This document shows, in pieces, positions 37,076 through 50,473 of a stretch of DNA of 64,000 bases; the first letter of the stretch is position 1; every line of letters begins with the position of its first letter. The stretch comes from Centroscyllium fabricii. Its lineage: Eukaryota. Both the position numbers and the translations under genes were made by a program. The notes beneath the pieces were generated by a model that worked only from the letters and a program-made list of their open reading frames with translations, had not been told where the DNA came from and made no database searches. The stretch is from positions 167,958,001 through 168,022,000 of the forward strand of contig JBNRSN020000005.1 in NCBI GenBank assembly GCA_051313645.2. Reading direction: 5' to 3'.

Positions 37076-38024
37076 ATGATAACTGTTTTAACACCATTTG
37101 GAATACAAAACGTTTCCTGGTACTTCAGTGAAGAACCTCTTAAAAATATCCAATCATTAAAAGTTGCAAGTTAGAGTAAAAAGGTCTAATTTATTAGAGA
37201 TAGATGCCATGTGAATCTGATGAAGTCCAGAAGGAATTGTCCAAATTGAATTAAAAGTCATATGGATATACTGTAAATCATACTCTAGTTAGTCAAGGGT
37301 TGAGTGTTCCTTCCATTGGGAAAGCAGAAGTGATTTTGACTATTTTCTGTTAGTCAAAATAATCTTTCATCGGCAAAAATCACAGCTATTAAAATAAATG
37401 TTTGAGTGTCGGGAAGTGATGTTTGATTTAGTTGAAGGTTAGAGGTGTCTCCTAACAAGCACAGAGATATCGAGCTGGGAATAGAAATCTGATATGTGGA
37501 GGATATGTGAAGGGGAAGAAACATGTGGTACTTGGAGTGAGGTGTCAAAGTTTATGCAATCTGGAGCCTGAAGGAATAGCAGTAACGTTTGGAAGAAATA
37601 TTGTAACTGAAGCAAGGCCAAGGATACAAGAGTTCCTGTCAGACAATTAAACTTTAGAACATTAGTAGTTTATGTACTGCCATTGTTTTATGGCATTTGA
37701 GCTGAAACTTTTGACTTGTTGCATAATGGCTGGTGCTATTAATCTTTCAAATGTCAAATTAGTTTTGCAATTTTTACATGGGGTCTATAGGTCTCTTATA
37801 TAAACAGTTCAAAGCCCTCACTCTACTCATTAGCGTGAAAACTGGTGTTAAAAATTATGTAAATTATCTACAGAATTCAACTTGTACAAATTATTGAAAA
37901 GAACAAATTATGTTTTTAATTCATTACTAAAATATTGCAAATGAATAATTACATAGATGTTTATCTTTTATATTTGGTGATAAACCTTTACTGGAAGTCA
38001 TTTTTGCTGCTGCTGTGAGGTAGA

Positions 38025-38440
38025 AAACACACATGAACACACACACAAATATCCACACACATGAGCACACACACAAATATCCACAAACACACACAAATAT
38101 CCACACACATGAGCACACACACACAAATATCGACACACACACAAATATCCACACACACAAATATCCACACATGAACTCACACACAAATGAACACACACAC
38201 AAATATCCACACACACGAACTCACACACAAATGAACACACACACAAACTCACACACACACAAATATCCACACTTGAACTCACACACACATGAACACACAC
38301 ACACCAATATCTACACACACGAACTCACACACACAAATATCCACACATGAACTCACACACACATGAACACACTCACACGAACACACCCACATGCATACAC
38401 ACACATATGAACACGCACACATATACAAACACACACACAC
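38025..38440. repeat. CA-rich low-complexity minisatellite
   Basis: Units of acacacaaatatccac/atgaacac. Confidence 0.95.
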
Positions 38441-38526
38441 ATATTGATTTCTGATTTTGCTGGGACCACTTTTTATTGTGTTGAAGTATAGGTTGTTTTT
38501 TTCTTACCCTGGTGCTCTGACATACT

Positions 38527-38748
38527 CAAGAAGTCACACAACACCAGATTATAGTCCAACGGTTTTATTTTAAATCACAAGCTTTCGGAGCGCTGCTCCT
38601 TCCTCAGGTGGACAGAGAGAGTCTCTCTCTGTCCACCTGAGGAAGGAGCAGCGCTCCGAAAGCTTGTGATTTAAAATAAAACCGTTGGACTATAATCTGG
38701 TGTTGTGTGACTTCTTGCATTTGTCCACCACAGTCCAACACCGGCACA
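38527..38748. mobile_element. Penelope-like insertion forming a perfect 95-bp-arm palindrome
   Basis: 38527-38621 is the exact reverse complement of 38623-38717; 12-bp TSD ctctgacatact at 38515-38526 and 38749-38760. Confidence 0.9.
38634..38668 (+). ncRNA. Minimal hammerhead ribozyme motif (mirror copy on - strand at 38576-38610)
   Basis: CAC-CTGAGGA-A-GGAGC-AGC-GCTCC-GAAA-GCTT-GTG: CUGANGA and GAAA core, 5-bp stem II, palindromic AAGCTT. Confidence 0.75.
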
Positions 38749-39359
38749 CTCTGACATACTGGTTGAGCTTTTTGGAACATCCGTCTCTTCCATCTTTGGG
38801 GTCAAATATTGGTTCTGAAAATGGATGGAGATGCGGTCCAGAGTTTGATCAATGTGTCGGCACTCGGTATTGAGAGAAAAATCGGTCTATATTTTGATTA
38901 TTATTGCTTCATAGTGAATGATTTTATTTGTATAGTTTTTACCTTTTGCTGCAATGAAAACCACTTTAACAGAGTTTTGACAATAAAGAATAGGAAATCC
39001 AGTTCACATTTTTAGATAGCTGTTGAATCTAAAGCTTTATGCCCTGCTGTATAGTTTGAAGTACATCATAAAAAGTTAAATCCATAAAAGAGCAATGTGA
39101 GGAAATCAATTGTTTAGAGACTGATAGATTGAACAATGTATCATCAATAAATTAAAGCATGTTTCTTATCGTTGACTCCCCATGACTCTGTGGTAAAAGT
39201 ACCAGTTGCTATGGTGTTGAGCCGTGCAGATGAAGAAAGTCCCAGATTCTATCACTTGTCTGTGCTACAACAGCAAACCTTAGCCAGACAAACAGTGGCC
39301 TCAAGCGCACATGTGTGGATGTTGGGTGAGATGACGATCTGCCTCAGCTGAAATCCTAT

Positions 39360-39600
39360 TAACCCTTTGCATGAAAATAATTCCTTCTAATTTCTCCTTT
39401 CATACTTGCAGTTACTAATCCTGGGTTACCACCCCTTGTTACTAATTTGCTACTAGTGGAAATTATTTTCTTACTTACTATCTCTTTCATAATTTTGAAC
39501 ACTTCCATTAAGTCCCCACTTCTGATCTTCTCTGATCCAAAGATTACAGCCCTAAGTTTTTTTGAATCTTTTGTCATGACTATAATCTCACACAAGCTCT
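39360..39600 (-). mobile_element. Old CR1 fragment
   Basis: RSGDLMEVFKIMK...TRG...IRRNYF. Confidence 0.6.
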
Positions 39601-39739
39601 TTCCCTCCGTTAACTTCATGTCCTCATCAAGAAACATATACCGCAACTTATCTGGAAGTCTGAAATTCCAAAGTCAAAATTATTTAATTATAAAACTATA
39701 TAATGAATTTAGAAAATATAAGAAACTGAATTGAGACTA

Positions 39740-40065
39740 TCCTCTCATATCTGGGAAATGGGTTGAATTCCAGCTCAGCTGATTGATGAATGTCACCACT
39801 TTCTGTTATTCTGATGGTTCTACATGGAATAGATGTTTGAGGTCCCAGCTCCATTCCAGCAGGTGCAGGGCTGCAGATTCAAGCTGGATGGACTTCAGTG
39901 CAAATTCCCAATAAATTGACTGATGTTTCAGGAAATGGGAACATCGAGATTTATGTAGTAAGAGCATTCTTCTGAGGATGAGGTTCAAGAATTTTGTTAA
40001 GCATAACTGAGTGGCACACTGTCCTTCCCTCTCTGAACTCCTGGATTTGGCACCATCCAGTCTAA
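39740..40065 (+). mobile_element. Highly decayed LF-SINE-like element
   Basis: gggttgaattccagctcag box-B-like head and downstream blocks resembling the LF-SINE consensus as recalled; not aligned. Confidence 0.3.
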
Positions 40066-40073
40066 ATGGATCA

Positions 40074-40260
40074 GAAAGAAAGAAAGGTTTGCATTTATAT
40101 AGCGCCTTTCACGACCACCGGATGTCTCAAAGCACTTTACAGCCAATGAAGTACTTTTGAAGTGGAGTCACTGTTGTAATGTGGGAAATGTGGCCGTCAA
40201 TTTGCGCACAGCAAGGTCCCACAAACAGCAATGTGATAGTGACCAGATAATCTGTTTTTA
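40074..40260 (-). mobile_element. Deu-type SINE 3' part (continues at ~46364-46385 and ~46780-46870)
   Basis: gaaagaaag...ttgcatttatatagcgcctttcacgacc. Confidence 0.8.
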
Positions 40261-40809
40261 AGAGCCCAGAAACTCCGGTCCCAACGCGTGAGTACGCGCT
40301 GGGTACTCACCCGTAGGCCCATCTGAAGTGCCGGTTTCATGCATACACAGCGCATGCGCGCGAAACCGGCACTTTCGATCCCTTGACAGAAGGAGTCAGG
40401 GGTCGGAACACGTGCGCAGTGCACTTCTGATTTTTTTTACAGGTCGGTGTGCGGGTAAGTGTGGAAAAAGATACGGCTGATATTTTCAAGTGCAAAGACT
40501 GGTTTTCAGAAGGTAAGTGGTGAATTGATTCAATGTAAAACATTTTTTCCACAGGTTGTTTATTTTTAACTACTTTAAAGAAAGGTAAGTTTATTTTTGC
40601 CCCATTAAAAACTTTAATTATTTTTTTCAAAAATTTTAATTTTTGTTTAAAATAACTAATTTATGCAATTGATAGTTATTTTAAAAAATATGATTTAAAA
40701 AAATGTATTTGAAGATTTACTGAGGTTTTGGGGCTTGTAGTATTCGTAAGTTTGACAGGTCGTCCTGTCAAACTTATGAATGCAGCATTCTATGCTCCAA
40801 TTGGCTCTC

Positions 40810-43800
40810 TGTTGCGTCCTTACAGCGGGTAAGGTAAGTAAGTAAAACAACAGACTTCCCAATACAGGTACAGAGATCTTTATTCAACCGTTGGTAACAC
40901 AGGAGTGCCTTAGGTTGCTCCACGCTGCCTCTTATGTACAAGCTGTGGCCAAGCGTGGTATTGCACCTAAGTGAATTGTGTGTGTCATCTGACCTCCCCT
41001 AAGGTGTCGTGTACATACACCACACTCCTCCCCCTTAATTTGTTGGTCGGGGACGACAACACAATTATTATACAAAATAGTAACAATGATAATAATAATA
41101 ATAATAATAATAACAACCATGGTTAAGAACAATAACAATAATTAACAAGGATAACTTTTGTTTTTATGTACAACAATCAACATTTGTATAGCACACCTGC
41201 AATGGTTCTGGCGGTATCCACCGCAAGGAACCTAGGACATTACAGATTTAGTCTGTCTGGGGGCCGCCATATCCGTTGTGGGTAGCGTCGTTGTACAGCC
41301 AGAGCTGGGTCTGGTGGCCCCTCTATGATAATGAGTTCTGAGTCAGTGTCAGAGTCCTCTTCACTACTGTGCGTGCTTTGAGGTATGTCAGTCGTTTTGG
41401 TGTGTGTGTTAGTTTCATTACTCCCACTGGCCTGCGACTTGTCAACTGAGACTGGGGCCTCTACTATTTGGTCGGTGTGGCGGCGAATGAGTCCAACCGC
41501 CGTGTCTACCATGTATGTTAGGGGCCCCTGTTGTTCGTGGATGGTGCCGGGTTGCCACTTTACTCCTTGTTGGTCCCGGTAATCCCGGACCATGACCTGT
41601 TGCCCTACCGTGAAGTTTCTGGTCTCCCTGCTTGGGGCTTGTTTAAATATCCGGCGCTCCACGTCCCTGCGGATCTCAGGCTTTACCAAGTCTAACCTGG
41701 ATCATAGCCTCCTATTTAGAAACAACACTGCTGGTGGTTGATTGGTTATGGCGTGTGCCGCATTGCGGTACGCAAACAGGAAATTGTCAATTTTGTGTTG
41801 TAATGGCCGTTTTTCGTCCCTCATGGCTTTTAAGGCCTTTTTGAAGGTTTGTACAAACCGTTCGGCCAACCCATTTGTGGCCGGGTGATACGGTGCCGAC
41901 TTATAGTGTCGTACACCGTTCCGTTTGAGGAAGAGCTGAAATTCCTCGGACACAAATTGTGGCCCATTGTCCGAGCAAATCTGTTCAGGGATGCCGTTCC
42001 TCGCAAAAATAGTGCGCAGCACCTCAACTGTTTTTGTTCAGGTGGTGGAAGCCATCTTTATGACTTCCGGCGACTTGGAGTGGGCATCCACCACTATTAA
42101 GAACATAGAGTCCATAAATGGCCCGGCGAAGTCTACGTGTACTCGCTGCCATGGGGATGATGGCCATTCCCAGGGGTGTAGTGGGGCGCGGGGTGGTATG
42201 TTTTGGACCTCCTGGCACCCGTGACATTGTTTGGCTAAACTTTCTATGTCTTTATCTATTCCTGGCCACCAGACATATGACCTGGCGAGAGATTTCATTT
42301 TTACGCCCCCCAGGTGGCCCTCATGGAGATCAAGCAGCACTTTATCCTGTAGTTTCTTGGGAATGACCACCCTAGCTCCACACATGAGTGTCCCTCTGCA
42401 GACAGACAGTTGTTCCTTACGTGCTGAGAAGGCTGGCCATTGTTTTTGGTCCTCTTGGGACCACCCATTGATTGTGATCTCGTATATTTTTGAAAGTACC
42501 ACATCGTTTTTAGTAGCCATTTCAATCTGCTGGCTTGTGACTGGTAGTTGTTGTATTAGTGCTATGTGGTACATATCTAATGGATCAGACCCCCCTGGGG
42601 CCTCCGGCAACGGTAGGCGTGATAACCCATCAGCATTGCCGTGATGGTTTGTTCCTTTATGCTCAATTGAATATTGGTGGGCCCCAAGGAACAAGGCCCA
42701 CCTCTGTAACCGTTGTGCCGTCATTTGTGGCACTCCCTTACTCGGGTGGAATATGGAAACCAGGGGTTGGTGGTCTGTGATAAGTGTGAACTGCTGGCCG
42801 TGCAGGTATTGGTGAAATTTCTTGACCCCCCACACTAGGCTCAGCGCTTCATGATCAATTTGCGCGTAGTTGCGCTCGGCCTTGGTTAAGGACTTGGAGG
42901 CAAACGCTATGGGTCTTTCGGTCCCATCGTGCCATCGGTGCGAGAGTACCGCTCCTATGCCATATGGTGAGGCGTCGCAGGCCAAACGGATGGGGAGTTT
43001 TGGGTCAAAGTGGACCAGTACTTTTGTTGAAGTGATAAGCCTTTTGCTTTGTTGGAAAGCTGCGGAACAGGTGGAGTCCCAATTCCATTCGACGCCTGTC
43101 TGCAGCAAGGCGCTCAAGGGGTGTAGCACTGAGGATAGGTTGGGCAAAAATTTATGATAATAATTTATCAGCCCTAAGAATGATCGTAATTGGGCTACAT
43201 TTTGTGGGGTTGGGGCCTTGACCACCGCCTCTATCTTTTCGGGTGCCTTGTGTAGCCCTTCTTTGTCAATTTCATGGCCACAATATGAGATGCGGTCCTG
43301 GAAAAATTCACATTTTTCCTTGTTGACACGCAACCCATATTGGTCCAATCTTGTCAACACCTGTTGTAAATTTTGTAAGTGCTCCTCCTCGGACCGGCCA
43401 GTCACGAGGATGTCATCAAGGTAACATTGTGTTCCCTTGATCCCCTGTAAGACTTGATCCATGGCCCGCTGCCAAATGGCCGGGGCCGAGGCGACCCCAA
43501 AGACCAAGCGGTTGTATCTATATAGCCCTTTGTGGGTGTTGATCGTGAGGAGTTCCCTGGACTCTGGTTCTACCTCCATTTGGAGGTACGCCTTTGCCAG
43601 ATCAATTTTGGTAAATTGTTGGCCCCCCGCTAGTGATGCAAAAATATCGTCGATTCGCGGTAGCGGGTACTGTGCGATTTTTAGTGCGGGGTTTATTGTG
43701 ATTTTAAAATCCCCACATATCCGGACTTTTCCTGTTTTGTCCCCTATGTGTCCCTTTTTAACCACCGGAACAATGGGGGTAGCCCAATCGCTCCATTCGA

Positions 43801-46164
43801 CTTTGGTGAGAACCCCCTGTTCCTCCAGTGTCTGCAGTTCGGCTTCGACTGCCGGTCTAATGGCATACGGTACCTGTCTTGCTTTAGCAAAGTGGGGTAT
43901 TGCGTCACGCTCTATTGTGATTCTGGCCTTAATATTTTCGAGTTTGCCTAAGCCCTGCTGGAAAACCCTGGGGCTTCGGCCAATAATGTCCGCGAGTCTT
44001 TCCTTGACGTTCCCGGAAGGTTGTGAGCTTTTGCCCACTTGTAGTTTGTGCACCGTGCTCCAATCGAGCTGGATTCTCCTGATCCACTCACGGCCCAACA
44101 ATGGGGGCCCACCATTCCTTAGAACATAGAGGAACAGACCACGCACCTGTTTACCCCGGTACCTTACGTTAACGGTCAATTTCCCCAGTGTCTGCCACGT
44201 CTGTCCTGTATAAGTCCTGATCACTATTGACGATTTCTGTAGGGCAATAAATTTAAAAAAGTTAGCATAATCATGTTCATTTATGACCGAGAGCGCCGAC
44301 CCAGTGTCAAGTTCCATTTTAATTGGCACTGTGGCCACCCTTAATTCAATCCACATGACCTTTCGGTCTGTCCTATTGTCCAGGGTATTGACTTGGAGGC
44401 TTGCAACTGTTTCTTCGTGCTCAAGCTGTCCTTCATCGGAACTGGTATCGGACAATTTATTAACTCTTTTTGGTGTCCCTGTTCTGGGAGACCTCTCAGG
44501 GCGTCTGTTGGTCTTCTTAGAGCGGCAAACCGCCGCGATATGGCCTTTCTTGCCGCAGTTCCTGCAATCTTTATCATGAAACCAGCACTGGGCTTGGTCG
44601 TGTGTTTGTTTACCGCAGCGATAGCATTTGTTAGTGTTTGCTAGCACCCGGTGTGTCTCGCAGGTGGCGGCCCTGGAGTTAATTTCTGCCGCTCCCGCCG
44701 CAGCTGATTCGTACGCGGTGGCTATCTGTACTGCCTGGTCTAACGTCAAGGCTTGTTTAGTTAACAACTTCCTCTGTGTGGCCTCATCCTTTATGCCACA
44801 GACGTAGCGGTCTCTAATATAATTTGAAAGCTCGCCCTCAAATTTACAATGAATGGCAAGTCTCCGCAGTTCTTTTAAATACTGGGCCAGTGTTTCGTCA
44901 TTCATCTGGTCACGTTTAAAAAATTTGAACCTTTCGGCGATGAATGGTGGCGTAGGGTTAAGGTACGCTTGCAGAGCCTGTCCAATTTGCGTTATTGAAG
45001 CGTCAGCTGGCTTCAGCGGGTTTAATAATGTTCTGAGCAAACCGTAGGTATCGGGCCCAATTGCATTTAAAAGCGTTAACACTCTTTGTTCCACCGCTAC
45101 TTCTTTAACCAAACAGTATATTTCAAATCGCTCCATGTAAGCTTCCCACGCTTCATGGTGTACTCTAAAAGTTCCCAGCATATTTGCTGTCGCCATTTTT
45201 CTTACTTTCTTTTCTTGAAGCTTTTTAAAGTTTTCCTTTTAAAATGGCTTCTGCCTCGTTTTGAAACTTTTACAAAATGGCTGCTGCCTTTCTTCTTTAC
45301 TAAGATGGCTGCTGCCTCGTTTTGGTTTCAAAATGGCGTTTGCCTTTCTCCTTTACTAAGATGGCTCCCGCCTTCCACGATGCTTGCAGCACCCTTCTAC
45401 AACGCTACTTCAGGGTAAGGGAAAATGAAACAACTTCCTCAGCCCCTATTTCCCTTCCCTCCCTGTTCTTTCAGATTCCTTCTGCAGGGAAAGTAACAAA
45501 AAATATATATATATAGCGAATCTTCCGCGATCTGGCCGATTTCCACGCCCTTTTTCCTTCTCCTACCCCCTTTATCTTCTTACCCTGTTTTTGGTCGCTG
45601 TAGCCAAGTGTCCCGTGAGGATCGCCCTACACATCGGGATGAGGTCGGGGCGATTCGTTCACCCGGCCTCGTGGCTGCTGCTGCGCCTTCGCGGGTCGAT
45701 GGGGGAGGGGGAAATCGCGCTCAACACTGTACCTGGTCCTCTGGCTGGTGCCCGCTCGTTGGTCCTCGTGGGAGGTTGATTTCCACGCCTGGGACTTCTG
45801 TAATTGTAGAAGGCCCCTTTTCACTGCCGAATTTTTCAGTGAGTGGTGGAGACTGGAGAGTTTCCCATGTACTGCCTCCTCGAGATTTTTCTGCCGCCTC
45901 CGTGGGGGAGTTGTCGGCCTATAGTCGGTTCTACCGACCTCGTCGCCAATGTTGCGCCCTTACAGCGGGTAAGGTAAGTAAGCAAAACAAAAGACTTCCC
46001 AATAAAGGTACAGAGATCTTTATTCAACCGTTGGTAACTCAGGAGTGCCTTAGGTTGCTCCACGCTGCCACTTATGTACAAGCTGTGGCCAAGCGTGGTA
46101 TTGCACCTAAGTGAATTGTGTGTGTCATCTGACCTCCCCTAAGGTGTCGTGTGCATACACCACA
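40810..46164 (-). mobile_element. Near-intact Mag-like Gypsy LTR retrotransposon
   Basis: 215-bp LTRs at 40810-41024 and 45950-46164 (about 7 differences by eye); TSD ctctc; PBS tggcgacgagg (tRNA-Ser); PPT ttaagggggaggag. Confidence 0.97.
41240..45196 (-). pseudogene. pol: gag-pol polyprotein: 1052-aa open frame, then a frameshift and a stop in integrase
   Basis: CYRCGKQTH/CRNCGKKGH, ELDTGS, KIDLAKAY, YLDD, CDASPYG, HEGHLG..CHGC, HVDFAGP, SDNGPQF, NGLAERFV. Confidence 0.95.
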
Positions 46165-46386
46165 CTCTCTGTGGCCCAAGTGATCCCGCACGATCCCTCG
46201 CACTATCTTCGTTACTGGGATCCAGGAGTGCAGTGCGCTGGCAGTTCAGGAAGGCCCCGCATCAGAATTCCATGCGGGGCCACAGCTCAATGGCCGGCGT
46301 GCTAGGTAAGTGCAGTTTGGAGGCTTACACTTGGGGGAAGCCTCCAACCCGAATTTCTGGCCCAATTGTTGGTTGTGGGATACACA

Positions 46387-46752
46387 CAGAAACACAGAAG
46401 ATAGGAGCAGGAGTTGGCCATTCGACCCTTCGAGCCTGCTCCGCCATTTTTGATGATATCATGGCTGATCATCCAAACCCAGCACCCCCCTCCTACCCTC
46501 TCCCCATATCCCCCGACACCCCCAATTCTAAGAACTATATCTCACACACATACTCATGGGCAATTTTTAGTGTCTCCAATTCACCTAACCTGCATGTCTT
46601 TGGGTGGTGGGAGGAAACCGGAGTACCCGGAGGAAACCCACATGAAGACGGGGAGAACATGCAAACTCCACACAGAGAGGTCCCGGGCCAAGCAGGATTC
46701 GAACCCAGGAGCTCCTTATTGCGAGGCAGCAGTGCTAGCCACTGCGCCACCA
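46387..46752 (-). mobile_element. HE1-like V-SINE variant
   Basis: ggtggcgcagtggctagcactgctgcctc...gggttcgaatcc head, V-domain, CR1 tail. Confidence 0.85.
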
Positions 46753-46872
46753 TGTCGTCCTATTATTGGCTAGGTCACCGGGGATAATTCCCCTGCTCTA
46801 CTTCGAAATATTGCCATGGGATCTTTTACATCCACCTGGGAGAGCAGCCGGGGCCTCGGTTTAACGTCTCAA

Positions 46873-49470
46873 AAAGGAAGAGAGTAGCTAAAGTAAATGT
46901 TGGTCCCTTAGAGGAAGGGACTGGGGAATTCATAATGGGAAACAGGGACATGGCAGAGACTTTAAACAAATATTTTGTATCGGTCTTCACGATAGAAGAC
47001 ACTAAAAGCATCCCAACAATAATTGATAAATTGATAGGAGGGAGGAACTTAAAACAATCACTATCACTAGAGAAAAAGTACTAGGCAAACTAATGGGACT
47101 AAAGGCTGGCAAGTTCCCTGGACCCGATGGCCGGCATCCTAGGGTCTTAAAAGAAGTGGCTGCAGAGATAGTGGATGTGTTGGTTGTAATCCACCAAAAT
47201 TCCCTGGATTCTGTGGAGGTCCCAGCGGATTAGAAAATCACAAATGTAACGTCCCTATTCAAGAAAGGAGGGAGACAGAAAGCAGGTCAGTTAGCCTAAC
47301 ATCTGTCATTGGGAAAATGCTGGAATCCATTATTAAGGAAGTAATAGCAAGACATTTAGAAAACCATAATATAACCAAGGAGAGCCAACATGGTTTTATA
47401 AAAGGGAAATCATGTTTGACAAATTTACTACAGTTCTTTGAGGATGTAACAAGTAGGGTGGATAATGGGGAACTAGTACACGTGGTGTATTTGGATTTCC
47501 AGAAGGTATTTGATGAGGTGCCACATAAAAGATTACTGCGCAAGATAAGAGCTCACAGGATTGCGGGTAATATATTAGCATGGATGGAGGATTGGCTAAC
47601 TGACAGAAAACAGAGAGTCAGGATAAATGGGTCATTTTCAGGTTGGCAAACTTTAACTTGTGGGGTGCCGCAGGGATCAGTGCTGGGGCCTCAACTATTT
47701 ACAATCTATATAAATGACTTAGATGAAGGGACTGAGTGTACTGTAGTCAAATTTGCTGACGATACAATGATAGGTGGGAACACAAGTTGTGAGGAGGACA
47801 CAAAGAATCTCCAAAAGGATTTGGATAGGCTAAGTGAGTGGGCAAAAATTTGGCAGATGGAGTATAATGTGGGAAAATGTGAGGTTATCTGCTTTGATAG
47901 GAAGAATAAAAAAGCAAATTATTATTTAAATCGAGAGCGACTACAAAATGCAACGGTACAGTGGGATCTGGGGGTTCTCGTACATGAAACACAAAAGGTT
48001 AGCATGCAGGTACAGCAACTAATTAAGAAGGCAAATGGAATGTTGACCCTTATTGCAAGGGCGATGGAATATAAAAGTAGGGAAGTCTTGCTACAACTGT
48101 ACAGGTCACTGGTGAGACCACACATGGAGTACTGCGTGCAATTTTGGTCTCCTTATTTAAGGAGGGATATACTTGTCTTGGAGGCAGTTCAGAGAAGGTT
48201 CACTAGGTTGATTCCTGAGATGAAGGGGTTGTCTTATGAAGAAAGGTTGAGCCGGGCCTATACTCATTGGAGTTTAGAAGAATGAGAGGTGATCTTATTG
48301 AAACATAAGGGGGGGCGATTTTCCTCCGGCCGTGAGGGCGGCTTTCCGATGGGGTAGGACATAAAATCGCGGAGGCGGGTGGTACCACCGCACCCCCCCA
48401 CCCCCGCCAGATCACCGCCAGCTTGTCAGTTTCGGGTGGCGTGTCCCGCTGTGCTGAAACGTTCCCACCCGCTGTCGGTGGGGATGCTCGTTTATGTAAT
48501 TGAGGGCCCTTAATTGGACTGGATAATGCTATTTAAAGGGCCCTCACCTATTTTAAATGCCTTCCCTCCCAAACCCCGCCATCCTGAAACCCCGCTGGTG
48601 AAACCTAGCAGGAGCACACTGGCCTTGGTCACTTTCTCTTTCAAGGTATTGAAGGACCTACAGCAGAATGCTTTCCAGGCCTTCAGCACCCTGGAGGTGT
48701 AAGTGACTCCCTTGGGTGAAGACCAGCTGTGGAGAAAACACTTAAAAACCTTGCCTTGACAGATCCATTGAGAGACACTCCCTAGCTGTCAAAGATTTGC
48801 AGCCCGACCGTCCACCTTTCACTCAAAGCACTTGGCCTTGCCGATTGGTTGCACTCCGTTGTGATGTCACAATGGAGAGTTTCCATGGCAACTGTCAACA
48901 GACAGTCCCTGGAACTGTCTGTCAAACTCCTCGCTCCCCGCTGCAGCACCTTGATTGCCGACTCCAGTCAGGCAATTACAAGGGGATTTAATTGATCAAT
49001 TTGTGCAAAATTGCGCCGGGTTTCCAGGTCCTTGGGCGAGCGGGACAGAAACCCGACCGGACCAATTCCGGCCAGGTTCCCGCACCTTCGGGGAAATCGC
49101 CCCCTATGATTCTGAGGGGGCTTGAAGGATAGATGCAGGGAGGATGTTTCCCCTCATGGGGGAATCTAGAACTAGGGGACATAGTTTCAGAATAAGGGGT
49201 CGCCTGTTTAAAACGAAGATGAGGAGGAATTTCTTCTCTCAGAGGGTCATGAATCTTTGGAATTCTCTACCCCAGAGAGCTGTGGAGGTGAAGTTCTAGA
49301 ATATATTCAAGGCGGAGATAGACAGATATTTGAGCTGCAGGGGAGTCAAGGTTTATGGGGAGCGGGCGTGAAAGTGGAGTTGAGGCCAAGATCAGATCAG
49401 CCAAGATCTTATTGAATGGTTCGAGGGGCCAGCTGGCCTACTCCTGCTCCTATTTATTATGTTCTTATGT
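46873..49470 (+). mobile_element. 5'-truncated CR1/HER1-like LINE (RT ORF 47317-48285) interrupted by a MITE
   Basis: QHGFIKGKSCLTNLL, YLDFQKVFD, GVPQGSVLGP, KFADD; 3' tail ttatgttcttatg. Confidence 0.93.
48309..49104. mobile_element. Harbinger-like MITE, diverged relative of 27527-28760
   Basis: TIR gggggcgattt/aaatcgccccc; TSD-like taa/tat; CR1 reading ETY[..]ILRGL resumes after it. Confidence 0.85.
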
Positions 49471-49819
49471 AAGTGCTACAGGACCTGTTCAATTTGTGTC
49501 TGTCAAACTGCACAGCAGGAAAGAAACAACAAAGCTGTATCCTGGAATGTTAAAGCTATCAGTCGCTTAGCCAAAAGATCCAACATTCTGGCACGTCTTC
49601 ACTTTCAGAAATTAGATATCATCCCTTGAAAAGAAACACATTTGAGATGAAGGGACAGAAATTACAAAGAGAGGCTGGGTCGGAGAAATGCTCGTGACAA
49701 GTTACAATGCCAAGAGCAAAGAGGTGACAATTCTTCTGGGGAAAATCACCCACATCACAATTACTCTGGCATATAGCAACCCAAAAGAAAACCTGAGTCA
49801 AAGGAAATAAAGAGGCAAT

Positions 49820-50473
49820 CAGCACGAAATTCGGTTATGCCCCGTTTGGGGGCGGTAAGATAGTTAAGGGCAGACATTTAGCGCCCGGCACCGAAGTACC
49901 GCCCCGGCTGCTAAATTGGGCTTACCGCCCCACACAGGACAAGGAGTGGAATCTTGGGGCGCTCCACTTCCTGGTGGCGCAGTAACCGAGGCGATGTCAG
50001 GGCACAATCGGCAGCACGCCACGGAGGTTCTGCACAGCACTGCCGCGTTTCAATGCCCCTCCCTTTCAGTTAAAGCGGATGGCCGCTGCGCACTCTGCAG
50101 GGCCTCCGATGCCACCAACTAGGCCACCAGGGTGGCGTGGTGCTGCAGCCACAGCCCGGCGCTGAGACGAGGTGCCGGGCTACGCAATGGCAGCCAGGGC
50201 CGCCACGGAGGGCTGACCTGGAGGTCGGCCAGAAAAAGAAAATGGCGGTGCAGGTTGCGGCTGTACCTCCCCTTTAAATACCGCATCGCGAGCAGAGGTC
50301 GGCCCGGTTCGCAACCCACAAGGCTGGCGCTGACATCGCTAGTGGCAGCCTCGCGGGGCACCGCCAAATTTCTGCCACGGGGCACTAAAGGGTCACAGCC
50401 CGGTTCACTACCTGTTGTGTAGCGGCCCCCTGAAGCGCTAACGACAGGCACAAAGGAGCTGAATTTCTAGCCC
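49820..50473. mobile_element. GC-rich Harbinger-like MITE
   Basis: gaaattc...gaatttctagccc ends; related to 34768-35847. Confidence 0.6.

Larger units (their letters stand above)
40262..46363. mobile_element. Harbinger-like MITE split by a Gypsy insertion
   Basis: Imperfect TIR gagcccagaaact/aatttctggccc; TSD unclear. Confidence 0.65.

Noticed and set aside
37927-38350. Cys/Val- and His/Thr-rich ORFs
   Set aside because: Translations of CA-rich low-complexity repeat
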